Counted from the first letter of the whole stretch, positions 1 through 15,165 are shown. The stretch: 63,785 bases of DNA, filler included, from Octopus bimaculoides (GCF_001194135.2; 8 parts of 8 records of this genome joined end to end with filler, not necessarily neighbours in it); one strand, 5' to 3'. The notes: a model not told the origin generated them from the letters alone. A program made the numbers and translations.

Positions 1-63
<63 letters not shown>

Positions 64-190
64 GTTTGCCTATCTGTTTGTCTATTTATATATCTATCTT
101 TCGATATATATATATGTGTATATGTGTGTGTCTGTGTGTGTGTGTGTGTATGTGTGTGTGTGCGTGTATGTATGTATGTGTGTGCATACA
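1..190. repeat. (TCTA)n and (TG)n/(TA)n compound microsatellite
   Basis: Directly visible tandem repeats. Confidence 0.95.
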
Positions 191-675
191 CTGTGTTCCC
201 ACAACGTTTCCGTCTCACAAATTTACAGTATTGGCTGTTGTTCATGATACATGCCCCAAGTGCTGCGCTGCGAGCTTGATCTCCAAACTACGTGTTTCGA
301 AAATGAGATTCTTAACTACAGAGACATATAAGTAATTATTTGACAGCATCAATTAAAATTAAAGTTTCTTTCTCACTGCAATCATATAGTAGTACCACCA
401 TTTTGCTTTACATCACTGCTTGTGCACCTTTTAATGTCTATTTCTCTATTCTTAATTTGGTATATTGATCAAAAATATGTAGATTATTTAGTTCTATTTG
501 TGTATTCGTGCAAAGCTTAATAAAGTAAACTTTTCCCATTTTTGTTCTTCTATAACATCGATCTTCATCACAGTAGGGAGGTATACCGTTAGGCGAATAT
601 CAAAATATAATTAATGATACTTAGAACTGAAAGAAGAAAAACACATTTTTCACGCATTCTAAATTTATTTCATAG

Positions 676-714
676 CAATGAATAATTTGACTTCATCCCG
701 ACATGCACTAGAAA
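676..714 (+). CDS. Candidate 39-nt exon (xMNNLTSSRHALE, phase 1-1), gene unknown
   Basis: ttatttcatAG acceptor, GTAAGT donor, open frame; no homology recognised. Confidence 0.15.
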
Positions 715-1129
715 GTAAGTAGCACTCTTGAGAATGATATTTAGGCATTTTCTGACAACAGTATTTCGTGATATCATTGTATAATTATATCTTACATGAT
801 GAGAGCTCAACATGTTACTGATCTGCCTCACTAAGCTTCGAAAATAATCTAGATGTCGGATAGCAATCTTCTAGTTTGTTGATCAAACGGAGTAATGTAT
901 GAAAGTGTTTCTGTCTCTCTGATCGTATCTGTAGCTAATTAGATAGATATTTAGAATTGTTTTCAGGTGCTCGTATTTAATTCATATTTCACAGTAATAT
1001 TAATTATAATAGGTTATTTTAATATAGGAAAAATAGTTAAAACAGATTTTGTAACTTCTTGCATGACAGAAAGTGGTTACGAATAAGAATATGAAACATA
1101 CTTAATTCTTAATTCAAAACAATTTCAAC

Positions 1130-1365
<236 letters not shown>

Positions 1366-1448
1366 TGTTTGTAATAAAGATACGTGTTAGGGGGACACAG
1401 AAAGAAGTAATTGTAAGACCTGACAAGGCCGAATTATTTTCTTTGTAG

Positions 1449-1562
1449 CCGGAGAAAACTATATAGATTTCATGCATTTCAAAATTATTGAGTTTCTTTA
1501 AAAACTGGCTACACATAATCTAGCAACAAAGGGATTTGATGCAGAGGGATACTTGTATCATG
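1449..1562 (+). pseudogene. Exon-like 114-nt segment with one in-frame TAA
   Basis: ttattttctttgtAG acceptor, G|GTAAGT donor; reads GENYIDFMHFKIIEFL*KLATHNLATKGFDAEGYLYH. Confidence 0.15.
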
Positions 1563-2680
1563 GTAAGTCTTGGCCAGTGTCAAATATACATGAATATTAT
1601 TTATTTTTCCTTTTGGTTTCAATATTTATAATCTTCACAACTAATATTAAGTTCAGTTTACATATATATACATACGTACGTGAATACATACGTGTATGTG
1701 TGTGTATGCGTATGTCTATGTGTGTGCGTGTGCGTGCGTGCGCGTGTGTGCGTGTGTGTATGACTGCCTGCTGGTGTCTGTGCGCTTATCTTCACCAAAT
1801 GAATTACAAGTTACGTCAGATAAATTTGTAATCCTGAAGATAAATTCTATAATTACACCTGAAAGAATGAATGGAACTGATAATGAGTATAATACAAATA
1901 ATAGATTAGAATGGAATGAAACTTAAATGACGTAACTATAAAAGAGATAAAATACAAAAATAATTACTCTAAATATTTATACGAATAAAACGGACAACGT
2001 ATTTGTAAACAATAATAAAGGAATAAAAAATAAGAGAGAGTTATAATTAAATAAGTAAGTGTAAACATAGTTAAAGTAGCGAGCACGATAACGTTAATTA
2101 ATCGTGACTACACCATAACGTTTGTAATTATAATGTGGCACCTGTCGTCACCAGGAATAGATATAAATGATTAAAAGATAAACAAAATAATTATTAAGTT
2201 GAAAATTCATGTAACTAAGGTAAAGTGAACAGGAAAAAAAATATTGCATAGCGTTTAAAATTAATGTTTCAAATACCTCATATACACATCTATTTGTCAG
2301 CATTAATAATTACAATATCATTGTTTTACTGCTGTTTTACATTAGATAATCTTATCCGATTTTATACGCTGTTCTTGCAACATCCTAATAATATATTGCA
2401 AATAAACTTTAAAATGTCGATGATGCAATATGTGGTGAGAAATATTGGGTTTCAATTATGATATTTATAGAGAGGGATTAGGAGAGGTAATAGTGTCAGT
2501 GAGACCCAAAGGTGTCATGTAATGCTATAGATAGACCATAGTTGAGCTAGAGGTGCAGTGATTATGCGAATAAGGTGTCCAACGTAGATCGTATACCAAT
2601 GTGTGTATATAAAAGATTCTTTTCGTAATGAGATAAAAAAGAAACCAAGGCTGTGTAGATGTTGGAATATTTATAAATAG

Positions 2681-2728
2681 GTCTTACAGCTGTTTCCAGG
2701 ATATTTCTCATATCCCTTCATCTGAGAT
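2681..2728 (-). ncRNA. Minimal type I hammerhead ribozyme, family A, degenerate (U4>A)
   Basis: Minus strand: TCT CAGATGA AGGGATAT-gagaa-ATATCCTG GAAAC AGCT GTA AGA; 7-bp stem II, palindromic loop III; homologous to 37114-37162. Confidence 0.6.
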
Positions 2729-3662
2729 GGTGTGAGAAAATGGTTAAGCAATAGTTAATTTAGATAAGATACGAAATAGAGAGTGAAGTGGAGGAATGAA
2801 AATAGATGTGAGATATGCAGGGATATTGTATTTGTAGATCCATTATTTAGGCAGAATGGTATACATATAAGATTCCAATACCTTGTGAGTAAAATCCAAT
2901 CAGTATTTAAAATCTGTCATTCCCGCCCCCCCACACACACACACCATCTTACCAAATATAAAACACACACAGACCCATATACACGCCACAATAAACTCTG
3001 GGACCAATCAGAAACAGCCCACACGCACAAACACAAGCACATATATATGCACACACATAGAAACGGGGACAGAAACACACACTCTCACAAAATTCTGACC
3101 TCTAAGACCAGTCCCAAAAACCACTGAACCATGACAGACTAGCCCAGAAACAAAAAATCCTTTTGATTCCACATTGCTCTTCCTCCCCCTAACAAACCTC
3201 CCACACTAGCCCTTAAAATAGAAAACATTCCTTAGCTACACACAAGATAGAAAATGTCAGACAGACAGGTCACTTATTACTCTCCAATTTAATGTAAATT
3301 TTNNNNNNNNNNNNNNNNNNNNNNNNNNNNNNNNNNNNNNNNNNNNNNNNNNNNNNNNNNNNNNNNNNNNNNNNNNNNNNNNNNNNNNNNNNNNNNNNNN
3401 NNNNNNNNNNNNNNNNNNNNNNNNNNNNNNNNNNNNNNNNNNNNNNNNNNNNNNNNNNNNNNNNNNNNNNNNNNNNNNNNNNNNNNNNNNNNNNNNNNNN
3501 NNNNNNNNNNNNNNNNNNNNNNNNNNNNNNNNNNNNNNNNNNNNNNNNNNNNNNNNNNNNNNNNNNAGCTTTACATTTCACTTTTGATAATCTTTTTCTA
3601 AAAACATGAAACCCGTTAAGTCAATAAACATCTCTAACAGGTATTGCATTTTCAAACCATCA

Positions 3663-3703
<41 letters not shown>

Positions 3704-6419
3704 TTTCGTATGCACACATTTATTTATACATACATAAATGTGTCTATATGATGAAGCATATATTATTCGGTACCCATACATACTTTTGTATATTTTACCC
3801 TTAATTACATGACTTGTCGTCCCTCATTAATCTATCAGAACTATTGTTCTCTTCATTATTGCATGTACACAACAACCTTTTAGTGCACTAAATTCCATCA
3901 TTGCTTGCTGAATATCTATATGTATCCCAACATTATTTGTGACCCTACACATACTTTGGCTGCTGCATCTACCCCGATAGATTGATATACATAACAAAGC
4001 TTTTTTATGTCGTATCTTCCCTGATTGAATAACATTCATTTCCCGGTTGTAAAAAATTCAGTTGGGTGGAGATTTTTACCTCTCATTAGAATGAGAACAT
4101 TTGTAATACACTCGGTGTTCACTCTGCCTTTATCTTTTTGCTGTTTTTATTTCTGTATTTCATCATACACAGATAGAAGAAAGAGAAGACTGTTACGCTA
4201 CGAATGCAATTTCTATAGGTGTAGTAGTATATGAGGATTAAATCATCGCAAGTACACCTCAATGCAATATTTGTTTACATACATATTGAAGACATACTTG
4301 AGAAGAGATGGTAGAAAAAGTCAAGTGTGTTTATTTCAGTCTGCTGCATCAACGTAAAGTACGCTTTAGAACAGTCACTACAGTAACATAACGAAACTTG
4401 TGAGTTGCTGCAGAAATCAGCAAATGATTTCTTGATTGACGAATAGTTAGATGATATTTAGCAGACACGGCTAGAGATTTGCAAGAGAATCAAGCACTTG
4501 TTTACGTAGAAATAATTAATGTGTAATATGTTTAGAAATTTTATTTCGGGGAAAAGTTCATGGTTATAAATAACACAGTAAAGAAAGTGCATATCTCAAT
4601 ATCCAATTCATAATTAGAGTATAGTCGTGAATGATAGAAAAATTCTATAATTTGGAAGGTTGAATAGGAATTTTCTTTAATAAATGGTTATGTGTAAGCA
4701 TTGGCTTCAGTCAATTTATGTCATACTTCTACATATTTTAACTGTATTTTTGCATAATTAAATTCACATTTTCTTTATAATAATGATTATGATAATAGAC
4801 TTAGTATAAAAAAGATGGTCTACAACAAATATTGTGCCCAATACTCCAGATTTGCTTGTCAGTTGCTTTAGTCAGTCCATAACACTAGTCTTATTACATC
4901 AACATTTACAGTAATGAGAATATAAATATCTTGCAGTTGGAAAAGAAATGATAACATGCTTTGAAAGAAAATTAGAGAAAATTCTGTAAAATAAATAATA
5001 AGTTCTAGTTACAACTTTCGAATCCAAAACGACTTTAATTGATTCAACATTATATTTCTAGACTTTCAATTGTCTTAAATCTTCGCCTGTATATACGTAT
5101 TGTGTAAATTACTTCATAGAATAGGATTCATATGCTGTCTGTTTATAATTAAATTATCAATCTCGAATGCTGAAATTCACAACTAAAATTAAACGTTAAA
5201 TATATATACGTATAGCTTACGTATATAGGATTTTACGAACGTATGTTGAGACATTTTATGAAGGAAATTTACTGAAACAATTAAATCATCGAATTATTTA
5301 CTTGATGCAATAAAATCTTATGAAAACCATTACATTTGCGTACGTAGTGTACGCATTCATTTTCAATCAGTCAGCACAACCAAAACGTCCTCCGTGAATA
5401 TGACTTTACTGATTTTAATAAGATTCCAAATTATATTAAAATTTTGCTAGCAGGAGCTTGACAAATATTTCAGTGAATGGGGACATTAACTAAAATTCAA
5501 ATTTAATTATAACTAGTTTATACTCAATCAAAACAAATTCTATGAGTTTTTGCTGCGTACAAAACATTCTTTATGAAACTGCAAAGCAAAACAAAGTATG
5601 TGTATGTACATATATATATACATATACACACAGAGTACTACTCTAATTCTCTATATGGTTTCTAGACTACGTAATGTGTATTTTAAATGCTAAGTGCAGT
5701 TGGTATTTTATCTACGATAGAGTTCCATTTATTCGAGTACGATTTCCTTTAATTCTTTTGAAGTCAATGAAAAAATGGCAGTGCAATCTCTGCGATATTT
5801 GTTCCGGATATTCACGTTCAGAGTATAATTTCCATCATGGACAGATTGGCAGGCAAACTTAATTTATTACCTAGTTTAGCTTCACCACCTTTATTGAAAC
5901 TTAGTTTGTTCCAATTATTTTGGTCAAATCTCTGCTTGAGGATACGCGCAGTCCTTCCTCTCATTAATCTCGGAGGAACGAAAATGGGTCATGGGGAAAT
6001 GCTTTTTTTCTGACTAACCTTTAAAAAATAAACAATCAAAAGAAATTATACAGGTTATTGCATGTTTATTGATAAGTGTTTCTTTTTCATTTTATAAATC
6101 ATTGCTTTACTTAAATCATGTAGATCTCTGCTATTTAGACTTTACATATCTCTAAGTGCTACACAAGGAAAAAGTAATTTATACATTTGTATCCTTCCGA
6201 AATCAGACAAATTTTCCTTATAATATCTGAGACAAAATATGTCAATCATTTCTCTGTGTTAGATAATAACTGAGACTCATTCTTTATGGAAAAGTCCGTA
6301 GACAGCATTAAGGTTCTGTTTTTTTTCTCTTGTAAATTAGATTAATCGAGAAAATAATACGTTTGTTTGAACATAGTTATTTCGCAGCATAGAAGTTCTA
6401 ATATAATCTTACTATCTTA

Positions 6420-6625
6420 TGGCGCCAAGCTGTCAGGATCGTTATCGCACCGGTCAAAATTCTTAGTGGCATTTCTTTACGTTCTGTGTTGAAATACCGC
6501 CGGAGTCGACTTTACATTTCATCCTCTCGGAGTCGATAAAATAAGTACCACTTGAGCGCTGCGGCCAATATAATCGTCTAATCTCCTCCTCCGAAATTGC
6601 TGACTTTGTGCCAACATTTATAATC
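6420..6625 (+). mobile_element. tRNA-derived SINE with Meta-like central domain (diverged)
   Basis: Homologous to 17781-18008; central gtcgactttacatttcatcctctcggagtcgataaaataagtacc. Confidence 0.65.
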
Positions 6626-7416
6626 ACTGCAATCGTGTCATCTTATCAACTTTCATTTGAGTATGTTCGTATTTCTAGATTAATGTGATTTTATTCTGTT
6701 CAAAATTCTGAATATAATATTATATTCCAAAATTACGTTTTTCAAAAAAAATTGATATTTGTAATATCCAGCAAGCCGTAGTTTCTTGTTTCATCGATTA
6801 GTTTACTAGTAATACCAATAAATGAAATTGAACATGTAAAATATTGTATTAAAGATTCTTTGTGAATAAACAAATAACAAAACCCTAATTTCTAAAACTA
6901 TGAAATGTCTACAAATATTATTGAGAAATTGCGCAGTAAAAATCAGATACTCTAATTTATTTTACATTTTCAAATCTGTTTATATCCATTTGAAATTATA
7001 TGGAGCATACGGATATAAAATAAGATACGCTAAATAATATTCATGTAAGAACATATTTTAAATAAATTTCTTGGCATCCATATGCTGCCGCTTAGGAGAA
7101 TCATAAAATTCAGCTTTGAAAAAAAAAAAAAAAGAAGCTGAAAATATAAACACAAATATGTAGAAATTACTGTCCCGAGATAGAATGACCAAATACCAAG
7201 AAATGCATTACTTTTATAACAAATTTTAGACAACAGTCATAGATATTTTCATAGTGGGAATATCAAAAGGAAATTTTAATGTTATTAATAATCTATTGAA
7301 TATAAAGTTGCATTATGTAAAATATAAAACATATTGCTAAGATTCTAGGATATGTAATGTCTGCTTCCTTTTGTGTGCTTGTGTGCGTAAGCTTATGTAT
7401 GTGTTNNNNNNNNNNC

Positions 7417-7550
<134 letters not shown>

Positions 7551-7757
7551 GTCGGTTCCTATTATAGTGCCGCCACGACCGCTGTACTTACAAGTGTCAC
7601 TAGCTCTAAAGTGCACAGCATACGAATTAAAAATTCAGATAAGAATGAGTATTAAACTTTAGATCCTTTGTACCTTGTAGCATTTTAGTTAGTCATCCAA
7701 TAACAAGTTCGAAATAACGGCAGGAACTAAATCAAATATTCATACTGGTGTCATATG

Positions 7758-7791
<34 letters not shown>

Positions 7792-9640
7792 AATTCATAT
7801 TTAACACTTCAACGATACAGTGAGTATACGAGTATAATCTAGAGGCTATATGAGCCATTCATAACCTTTTAAATAATTGTTGCTGTGCTTCTTTATTAAT
7901 ATAAGATTTGAAAATAATAGGAATAACAATATTTATAAAAACAATATGTATAACTCTGGTCTTCTCTTTGTATAACTTCTTGGAAACTTGAAACTGAAGA
8001 CATCCAAAGTTTATGACTCATTAAACAAAAATAGTTTCGGATATTTTTACAATATAGTTAAGTACATACTAGTCGCATACGCAATAGGAAATATCGATGT
8101 AAGAATGCATCAACTCATCAAATCAATTTGCCCAGAGAGAGAAAGAGACTTACTTCAGATCAGAAATGCGAGCTTGTCAATATTCCCTGAATATATTCTG
8201 ATATAAATGTTTGATAAATGGTTTTATAGATTACATATGTTATTTTGCTTATGTATAATACAGTCAGCTGCAGACCCTCAAGCCACACAGTAAGTCTCTC
8301 AGCTGAATGAAATGTAGTGGTTGATATTGAGTACCAGAGACAATTGTCTTTAGAAAACATTTTCTAAACTATAATTACATAGAAGTTATATTGATTTATA
8401 GTAAAACATTGTTATCTTGTCATCCATATAAAAAATGAGTTGTATATTAAATGTATGACAGTCATCCAACACCAGGTGCTAAAAGTACCAAACTAGTAAA
8501 CGAAATCATATCGTCGTATTTCTATCATGAAAGTATAACACAACAAGAGGGAAACATATGTTTAGCAATTCTTTGTTATAGAAAAGAGTAAAGAAAATGA
8601 TTAAAAGCCCATAAATTTGAAAGCAATAGCTGACTGAATTTTGTAAATGCTACCTTTCAATTGCTCCGTTTTTAATACGTGTCCAGTATCATCTATCTTC
8701 TCTTAGCCATGTTGTTAAATGACGTGAATAATGGAGCTAAATTCACATTATTGTAATCAATAGCATAGTCACCGACGATATTTATATAATATTTACATAA
8801 TTTATTTAAACAGTACCAGATAGTGCAATATAGATTTAAATGAATATGTACACGGTTATTTTTGTCTTAGAAAATGGTATCATGTTTTATCGATTAAAGA
8901 AAAATGGAAAAAATGATTGACCACGTTATAATTTAACACCATATAATATGAGAGGCAACAAACTGTATACTGTAACGTCTAGCCCATTGCTGCATGTGAA
9001 TATTTGTATAAATTTCTAGTTGAAAGTATTGGAATATCGAATATTTGTATTAGTTTCTCAACATAATTATATCTGGGAGTATATGTCTACGCCAACCACT
9101 CTTTTAAACATATAAAATAGGTCTGCATAGCAATATGTTTTTTGTAGAAAAAGTTAATGTAATCGCTCAATTAAACATTGAATAGTCCTGAACTGACAAT
9201 GCCTCAGCCACCAGCTTGTGGTTCATATCACTTTTCTGATCTTTCCACTCGCTACAAAACTACGATAAGTGATGTTCGAAAGCACAAGTTCAGCTAGTTC
9301 TCAAACAGAAATATGCAACAAACTTTTATTGAACAGTAGTGCATCTATAATGACGTTGATGATTATAATATTCCATCTGCAATGTTAATATGTGAGTCTA
9401 TATATTCCTATACAAATAGCTTTTACTACAGATACTTTCTGTTCAAATACAGCATTAATCAAGTAAAAGAAGACAATCCAAACGAAATTGAATGGCAAAT
9501 ATATGGAAAATGATTCAGTAAGTTTCAGTTTATTCCGTATATTCACATCATCAGAGGTTAGAATATAAGCATATAACAATTTACAGCACACACAGCAAAT
9601 TACACTTTTCCTGGAAAGGCACACATATGTACAAATAAAT

Positions 9641-9676
<36 letters not shown>

Positions 9677-10303
9677 ACACACACACACACGCACACACAC
9701 ACGCACACACACACNNNNNNNNNNNNNNNNNNNNNNNNNNNNNNNNNNNNNNNNNNNNNNNNNNNNNNNNNNNNNNNNNNNNNNNNNNNNNNNNNNNNNN
9801 NNNNNNNNNNNNNNNNNNNNNNNNNNNNNNNNNNNNNNNNNNNNNNNNNNNNNNNNNNNNNNNNNNNNNNNNNNNNNNNNNNNNNNNNNNNNNNNNNNNN
9901 NNNNNNNNNNNNNNNNNNNNNNNNNNNNNNNNNNNNNNNNNNNNNNNNNNNNNNNNNNNNNNNNNNNNNNNNNNNNNNNNNNNNNNNNNNNNNNNNNNNN
10001 NNNNNNNNNNNNNNNNNNNNNNNNNNNNNNNNNNNNNNNNNNNNNNNNNNNNNNNNNNNNNNNNNNNNNNNNNNNNNNNNNNNNNNNNNNNNNNNNNNNN
10101 NNNNNNNNNNNNNNNNNNNNNNNNNNNNNNNNNNNNNNNNNNNNNNNNNNNNNNNNNNNNNNNNNNNNNNNNNNNNNNNNNNNNNNNNNNNNNNNNNNNN
10201 NNNNNNNNNNNNNNNNNNNNNNNNNNNNNNNNNNNNNNNNNNNNNNNNNNNNNNNNNNNNNNNNNNNNNNNNNNNNNNNNNNNNNNNNNNNNNNNNNNNN
10301 NNN

Positions 10304-10341
<38 letters not shown>

Positions 10342-10758
10342 CGTGTATACGCGCGTGTTATTTTTTAAGTTGTTGGTATTGACATATACCTTCGTTTAGC
10401 CTTTTAGCAAAGTGACAAGCAAATTCGATGGCTATGTTCCGTTTTGTTTCTTAATCTCTTCAACAAGGTACAACAGCATAAGCCTAGTCGGTTAGAGTGA
10501 TCAAAACATGTAACAATTATACTATACACGACTGGTTGGTTATGTTACATCAACGCGGAATAAAATATACTTCCTCACGTATTGTATTTATCTGTTTGGG
10601 AGTATGTTCATTTGCATATAACAATTCTAGGAATAAGTTGATTACAGCCAATATTTCTATTTCTTTTCTCCAAATATATTTCTTCAAAACCATTTTGATC
10701 TGAATATAGCGTGTAACGAAGGATGGGTGTACAACGTAACAGGGGTTTTATTATATAG

Positions 10759-10807
10759 ATTTACAGAGATGATTTATTAGTGAATAATTCTGTTGATACG
10801 ATGACAG
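10759..10807 (+). CDS. Candidate 49-nt exon (IYRDDLLVNNSVDTMT), gene unknown
   Basis: ttttattatatAG acceptor, strong CAG|GTGAGT donor, open frame. Confidence 0.25.
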
Positions 10808-11693
10808 GTGAGTGTGATTTTGAAAGCTATTTCTAATGATACGAGCGAACACGTACGAGTATTTTTCTTTGCTGAGAATTAGAATATTTTTTAACGGACT
10901 CCAAACACACAGAAGTTATTATTTATGGAATATTTGATTTTTACCACTGAGAGAGATAACATTTAAGTACATTGTACTTCAAGAAGATAAAGGAAAATGT
11001 GTTTCGGGAAATAGTCTCTTTAAACGATTTCATTTGAAATTTTCCCGGCATAAATTAAAGAAAAAATAATCGTAAAAATAGCAGGCTTTTATTAAAGGTA
11101 TTTCCATAAAAGGAAGCACCTTTTTAAGGGTATTTCCATCAAAAGTAGGAAGGAAACCAGCGTCGAGTAGAACAATTAACTATATCTATCCCTACACTTT
11201 CTGATCAGAATATTAATTTACTCTCCTGTTTTTCATTCATAAACACGTGTGCGCGCACACACACATTCACACGCGCACGCACACACAAACATACACACAC
11301 GTGTGCATGCGTGTATGCCTGTATTTGCATTATAAGTATTTGGCCGTTGCGAAAACGCTGGAGCTCATGAAACGATGTCTTTCGCTGGGCGTTGTGAAAA
11401 TAATTTCGCTTTCCATTAAGCAGCATTTTTCAAAATTGTCAAAATACAGAGGCAGACTGTATTGAAAAAGATATTCGAAATTGTCTATATGGATATGGAT
11501 ATACTAATGTATGTGTAGTAATGAGTATCAGTTATATGTTATGCAGTGCAAACAGTATCTGTATAGAATTCAGTACGCTGTTTAGATTTGCTAGATTTGA
11601 TATTTACATCAAAACTCTAATCTGAGTTTCGCCCCGCGCTAGGCTATTCAAGACTGTTCTGGACAGCCCAGTCTGGAAATATAATCAGAGTAT

Positions 11694-11971
11694 CAACGGA
11701 ACAGCCTGTTCGTAAAATTGACGTGCAAGTGTCTGAGCACTCACCAGACATGGGTACCCTTAACATAGTTTGCATCGAGATTCAGTGTGACACAGAATGT
11801 GTCAAGAGGCCATTGAAATACAGGCACAACTAATTTTTGCCAGCTTTGTGGGATATAGCAACATGTAATAAAGTTTCTTGCTCAAGGACACAGCACATCA
11901 CCGGGAATTGAACTCCCGACCTTACGATCGTGAAGCGAACATCCTAACAATTAAGCAACACGCCTTCATAC
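11694..11971 (-). mobile_element. tRNA-derived SINE with 9-bp target-site duplication
   Basis: B-box-like GGAGTTCAATTCCC on minus strand; 3' part homologous to 40467-40572; TSD tcagagtat at 11685-11693 and 11972-11980. Confidence 0.75.
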
Positions 11972-12339
11972 TCAGAGTATACTATTGTACTTTAATACGC
12001 AGACTTATATACATATATATGTGTGTGAGGGGGTGTATGTATGTGATCGTGTGAATGTTTGTGCCTGTAAACTCACATAAAACATACATATTATATGAAT
12101 AAAGAATACCTAGCATTGGAATATCTGGGTCATTATTTAAATTTGTAACTTGATTTAAAGATACTGTTTTAAATTTAAGAGTAAATCTATTATTTAAAAA
12201 CAGATAGTCATCTTGGTGACTGGCACTTTACTGGGTAGTTCCCGACAGCCGTGAACATTCCAGCCTCAGGTGCAGCTTAGAGTAGTCTGTCGGTCTCTGA
12301 TATATATACAAAACCACAGACACACACACAAATGTAGTG

Positions 12340-12373
<34 letters not shown>

Positions 12374-12544
12374 NNNNNNNNNNNNNNNNNNNNNNNNNNN
12401 NNNNNNNNNNNNNNNNNNNNNNNNNNNNNNNNNNNNNNNNNNNNNNNNNNNNNNNNNNNNNNNNNNNNNNNNNNNNNNNNNNNNNNNNNNNNNNNNNNNN
12501 NNNNNNNNNNNNNNNNNNNNNNNNNNNNNNNNNNNNNNNNNNNN

Positions 12545-12579
<35 letters not shown>

Positions 12580-12582
<3 letters not shown>

Positions 12583-14000
12583 ATGGATTTAGTTCGCTCC
12601 TTATCTAGATCTGTAATTGTTTTCTTGTTACAAAAATAACGTTTAAAACAATGGGTTAAATAAACTAGAGTGCTTCTTTGTTCAGTCAGAAACTTCCGAT
12701 GTTCGTTCAGGAGTCCACGGTGGTAAACAATAGACTTCTGACATAGAGTGGCTAACACTCAGTTTCCGTTGAATCTGTTTGCTGCTGATTTAGGTGACTA
12801 TATATAGCAAACCTAATTATAATGTGAGACACGTATTTTAATTGAGCAAATACTTCCTCATTATGTTGTAATGATTTTCAGCATGGATTTGCGACAAAGA
12901 AGACAAAAATATTTCTGTAAATGGCCAGTCGAATAATGTCTAGTTAGTACTGAATGGGACTCCTCTTTGGAAGGTATATAATAGTGTTTCACTTTAGCTG
13001 GACTATTTTAAAACAGGATATTTCGGGAAAGTCCAACTTTACGTAATTCATTTATTTATGGTCTACTAATTCGATAATTTATGTCTCATCATGATTAATT
13101 ATAGTACAGAGAGTAATCTATAGGTGAAGTTGCAAATAATATTTTACACATCGTTTCTTTAAAGCGGTGAGAGAGTTGTGAGTATCAAGGGAGAAGGTGT
13201 TCCCATTTTATCAGTTCAAGGCTGGCTGTTATCATAGAGTGTTAAATTCTTTCATAATGTCAGCCTCACAGACTTTATTAGAAGAAAATAAGAGTTTCAC
13301 TTGGGAAGAATTCTACAACGGCACTTTTAGGAAATATTCTGAACTTATTCATAAATGAACCATTGATGTGGTTTAAATCTGCGAAACCATCATCTCGATA
13401 AAATTCTGAACACTGCGGATGAATAAGTTTTTCGTAGGGTATCTTAGATATACCCAATGATGTTAACGTCATCCGCTCTATCCTCACAAATACGTGAACC
13501 AGTGACTTCACTTTATTATTTTTACAATGTGAGAACCATTGTGGAGCAAGAATGTGTTCGGAAACTTCATGATGGTTCTGGTATTGTGGTAGCTGATCTT
13601 TGTGGACTGTTTCCTACAGTATAGGCATTAAAGAGGAAAGATTTAGATATAGAAGCTGTACTTCCATTCCATCGATCCTGTAACCCTTGTCGGAATTGAA
13701 GATATCGAGAATGGCAGAGTTGAATATACTGCAGTTTGGGAAGATAATTGGTTTTGCCATCCTTAAAACTTATATACGGAGGGTACACTTGTAGCGCTCT
13801 ACAAGTTCTTCTACCATTTTATGATTGGCAGCTCTTTCGCTTCGGTGTTTATACCACGGTATTGTGAAATGATAGTTTTCTTGTATGCATAATTGTGTAA
13901 TACTTCTGCGAAGGAGTGCTTTGTATGCGGTGGAACTTTTGCCGTTCCTATTGTTTGAATTTTCAGCAGGAATTAAGAGTAGAGAATTGTTGTGCAACTG
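12580..14000 (-). mobile_element. Degenerate Penelope-like element (RT plus possible GIY-YIG remnant), Naiad/Chlamys-like
   Basis: Frameshifted peptides in the expected order: LLIPAE..AYKALLRRSIT, YISFKDGKTNY, WNGST, FYRDDGFA, then CQKSIVY..FKRYFCNK; motif recall, not a database search. Confidence 0.5.
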
Positions 14001-15114
14001 TTTACGTGAACGTAAGCCAGCTGAGTGTGCAAAAATTATGTATTTAATACATCAGCGAAAGTTTAGTAGGTTTATCAATGTATGTTTATATTTTATGGCA
14101 AAAACATGGAGAAATATATATTTTGAATGATACGACCCTCCTCCACCAAAACATAAACAAATAGAAACTACTTTCTTTGTACAACAATATATGCATTTCG
14201 AATATTGTAGAGTATAAATGAAGATACATGATTATTCTGAGATAAAATAAAACCTAAATAGAAATGAAATTTAGAAGGCAAATATATTTTCATTTTCACA
14301 CTAAGCCTTAATTCGGATTAACAGTTGTAAAAGTGAAATATAATGGCATTTGAATTAATATTAGAAACACGGAATGAATTTTACACATGATATTACATAT
14401 AGAGAATCATATGTCTGTAATCTGATATAAGGAAGATGCATCCGAACGATTAATGGAATATGCGATCCTTTTCCATATTGTTTATATTGTATTGTACTCG
14501 CTTCAACTCTTTCATGTTCTTTCTGTAGATTAGAAGGCTATCTGTCTATCCGCACCTGCATATCGATTAACCTAACACGCATTTTCTTCCAAATACACTC
14601 AACCTTACACACAAGGACATACAGACACACTCACACACACACACACATACATACGCATACGTACACACACATACAGGCCACACATAGACATTGTGAAAGA
14701 CTCATGTATATACATTTACGTACTATCTTAACTGCTCTTATTTAATGGGAGGAGGGATACAAGTGGAGACATACGAAGAAAACCAACGAATGCAATCATG
14801 GGAGGTCGTTTGACCAGAACGAGAGGAAAACAGCATATATATATATATATATATTTATTTATACATACACACACACACACACACAGACACACACACAAAT
14901 ATATATATANNNNNNNNNNNNNNNNNNNNNNNNNNNNNNNNNNNNNNNNNNNNNNNNNNNNNNNNNNNNNNNNNNNNNNNNNNNNNNNNNNNNNNNNNNN
15001 NNNNNNNNNNNNNNNNNNNNNNNNNNNNNNNNNNNNNNNNNNNNNNNNNNNNNNNNNNNNNNNNNNNNNNNNNNNNNNNNNNNNNNNNNNNNNNNNNNNN
15101 NNNNNNNNNNNNNN

Positions 15115-15165
<51 letters not shown>

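Noticed and set aside
9505-9556. CTGATGA...GAAAC on the minus strand
   Set aside because: No GUH triplet or stem II pairing.
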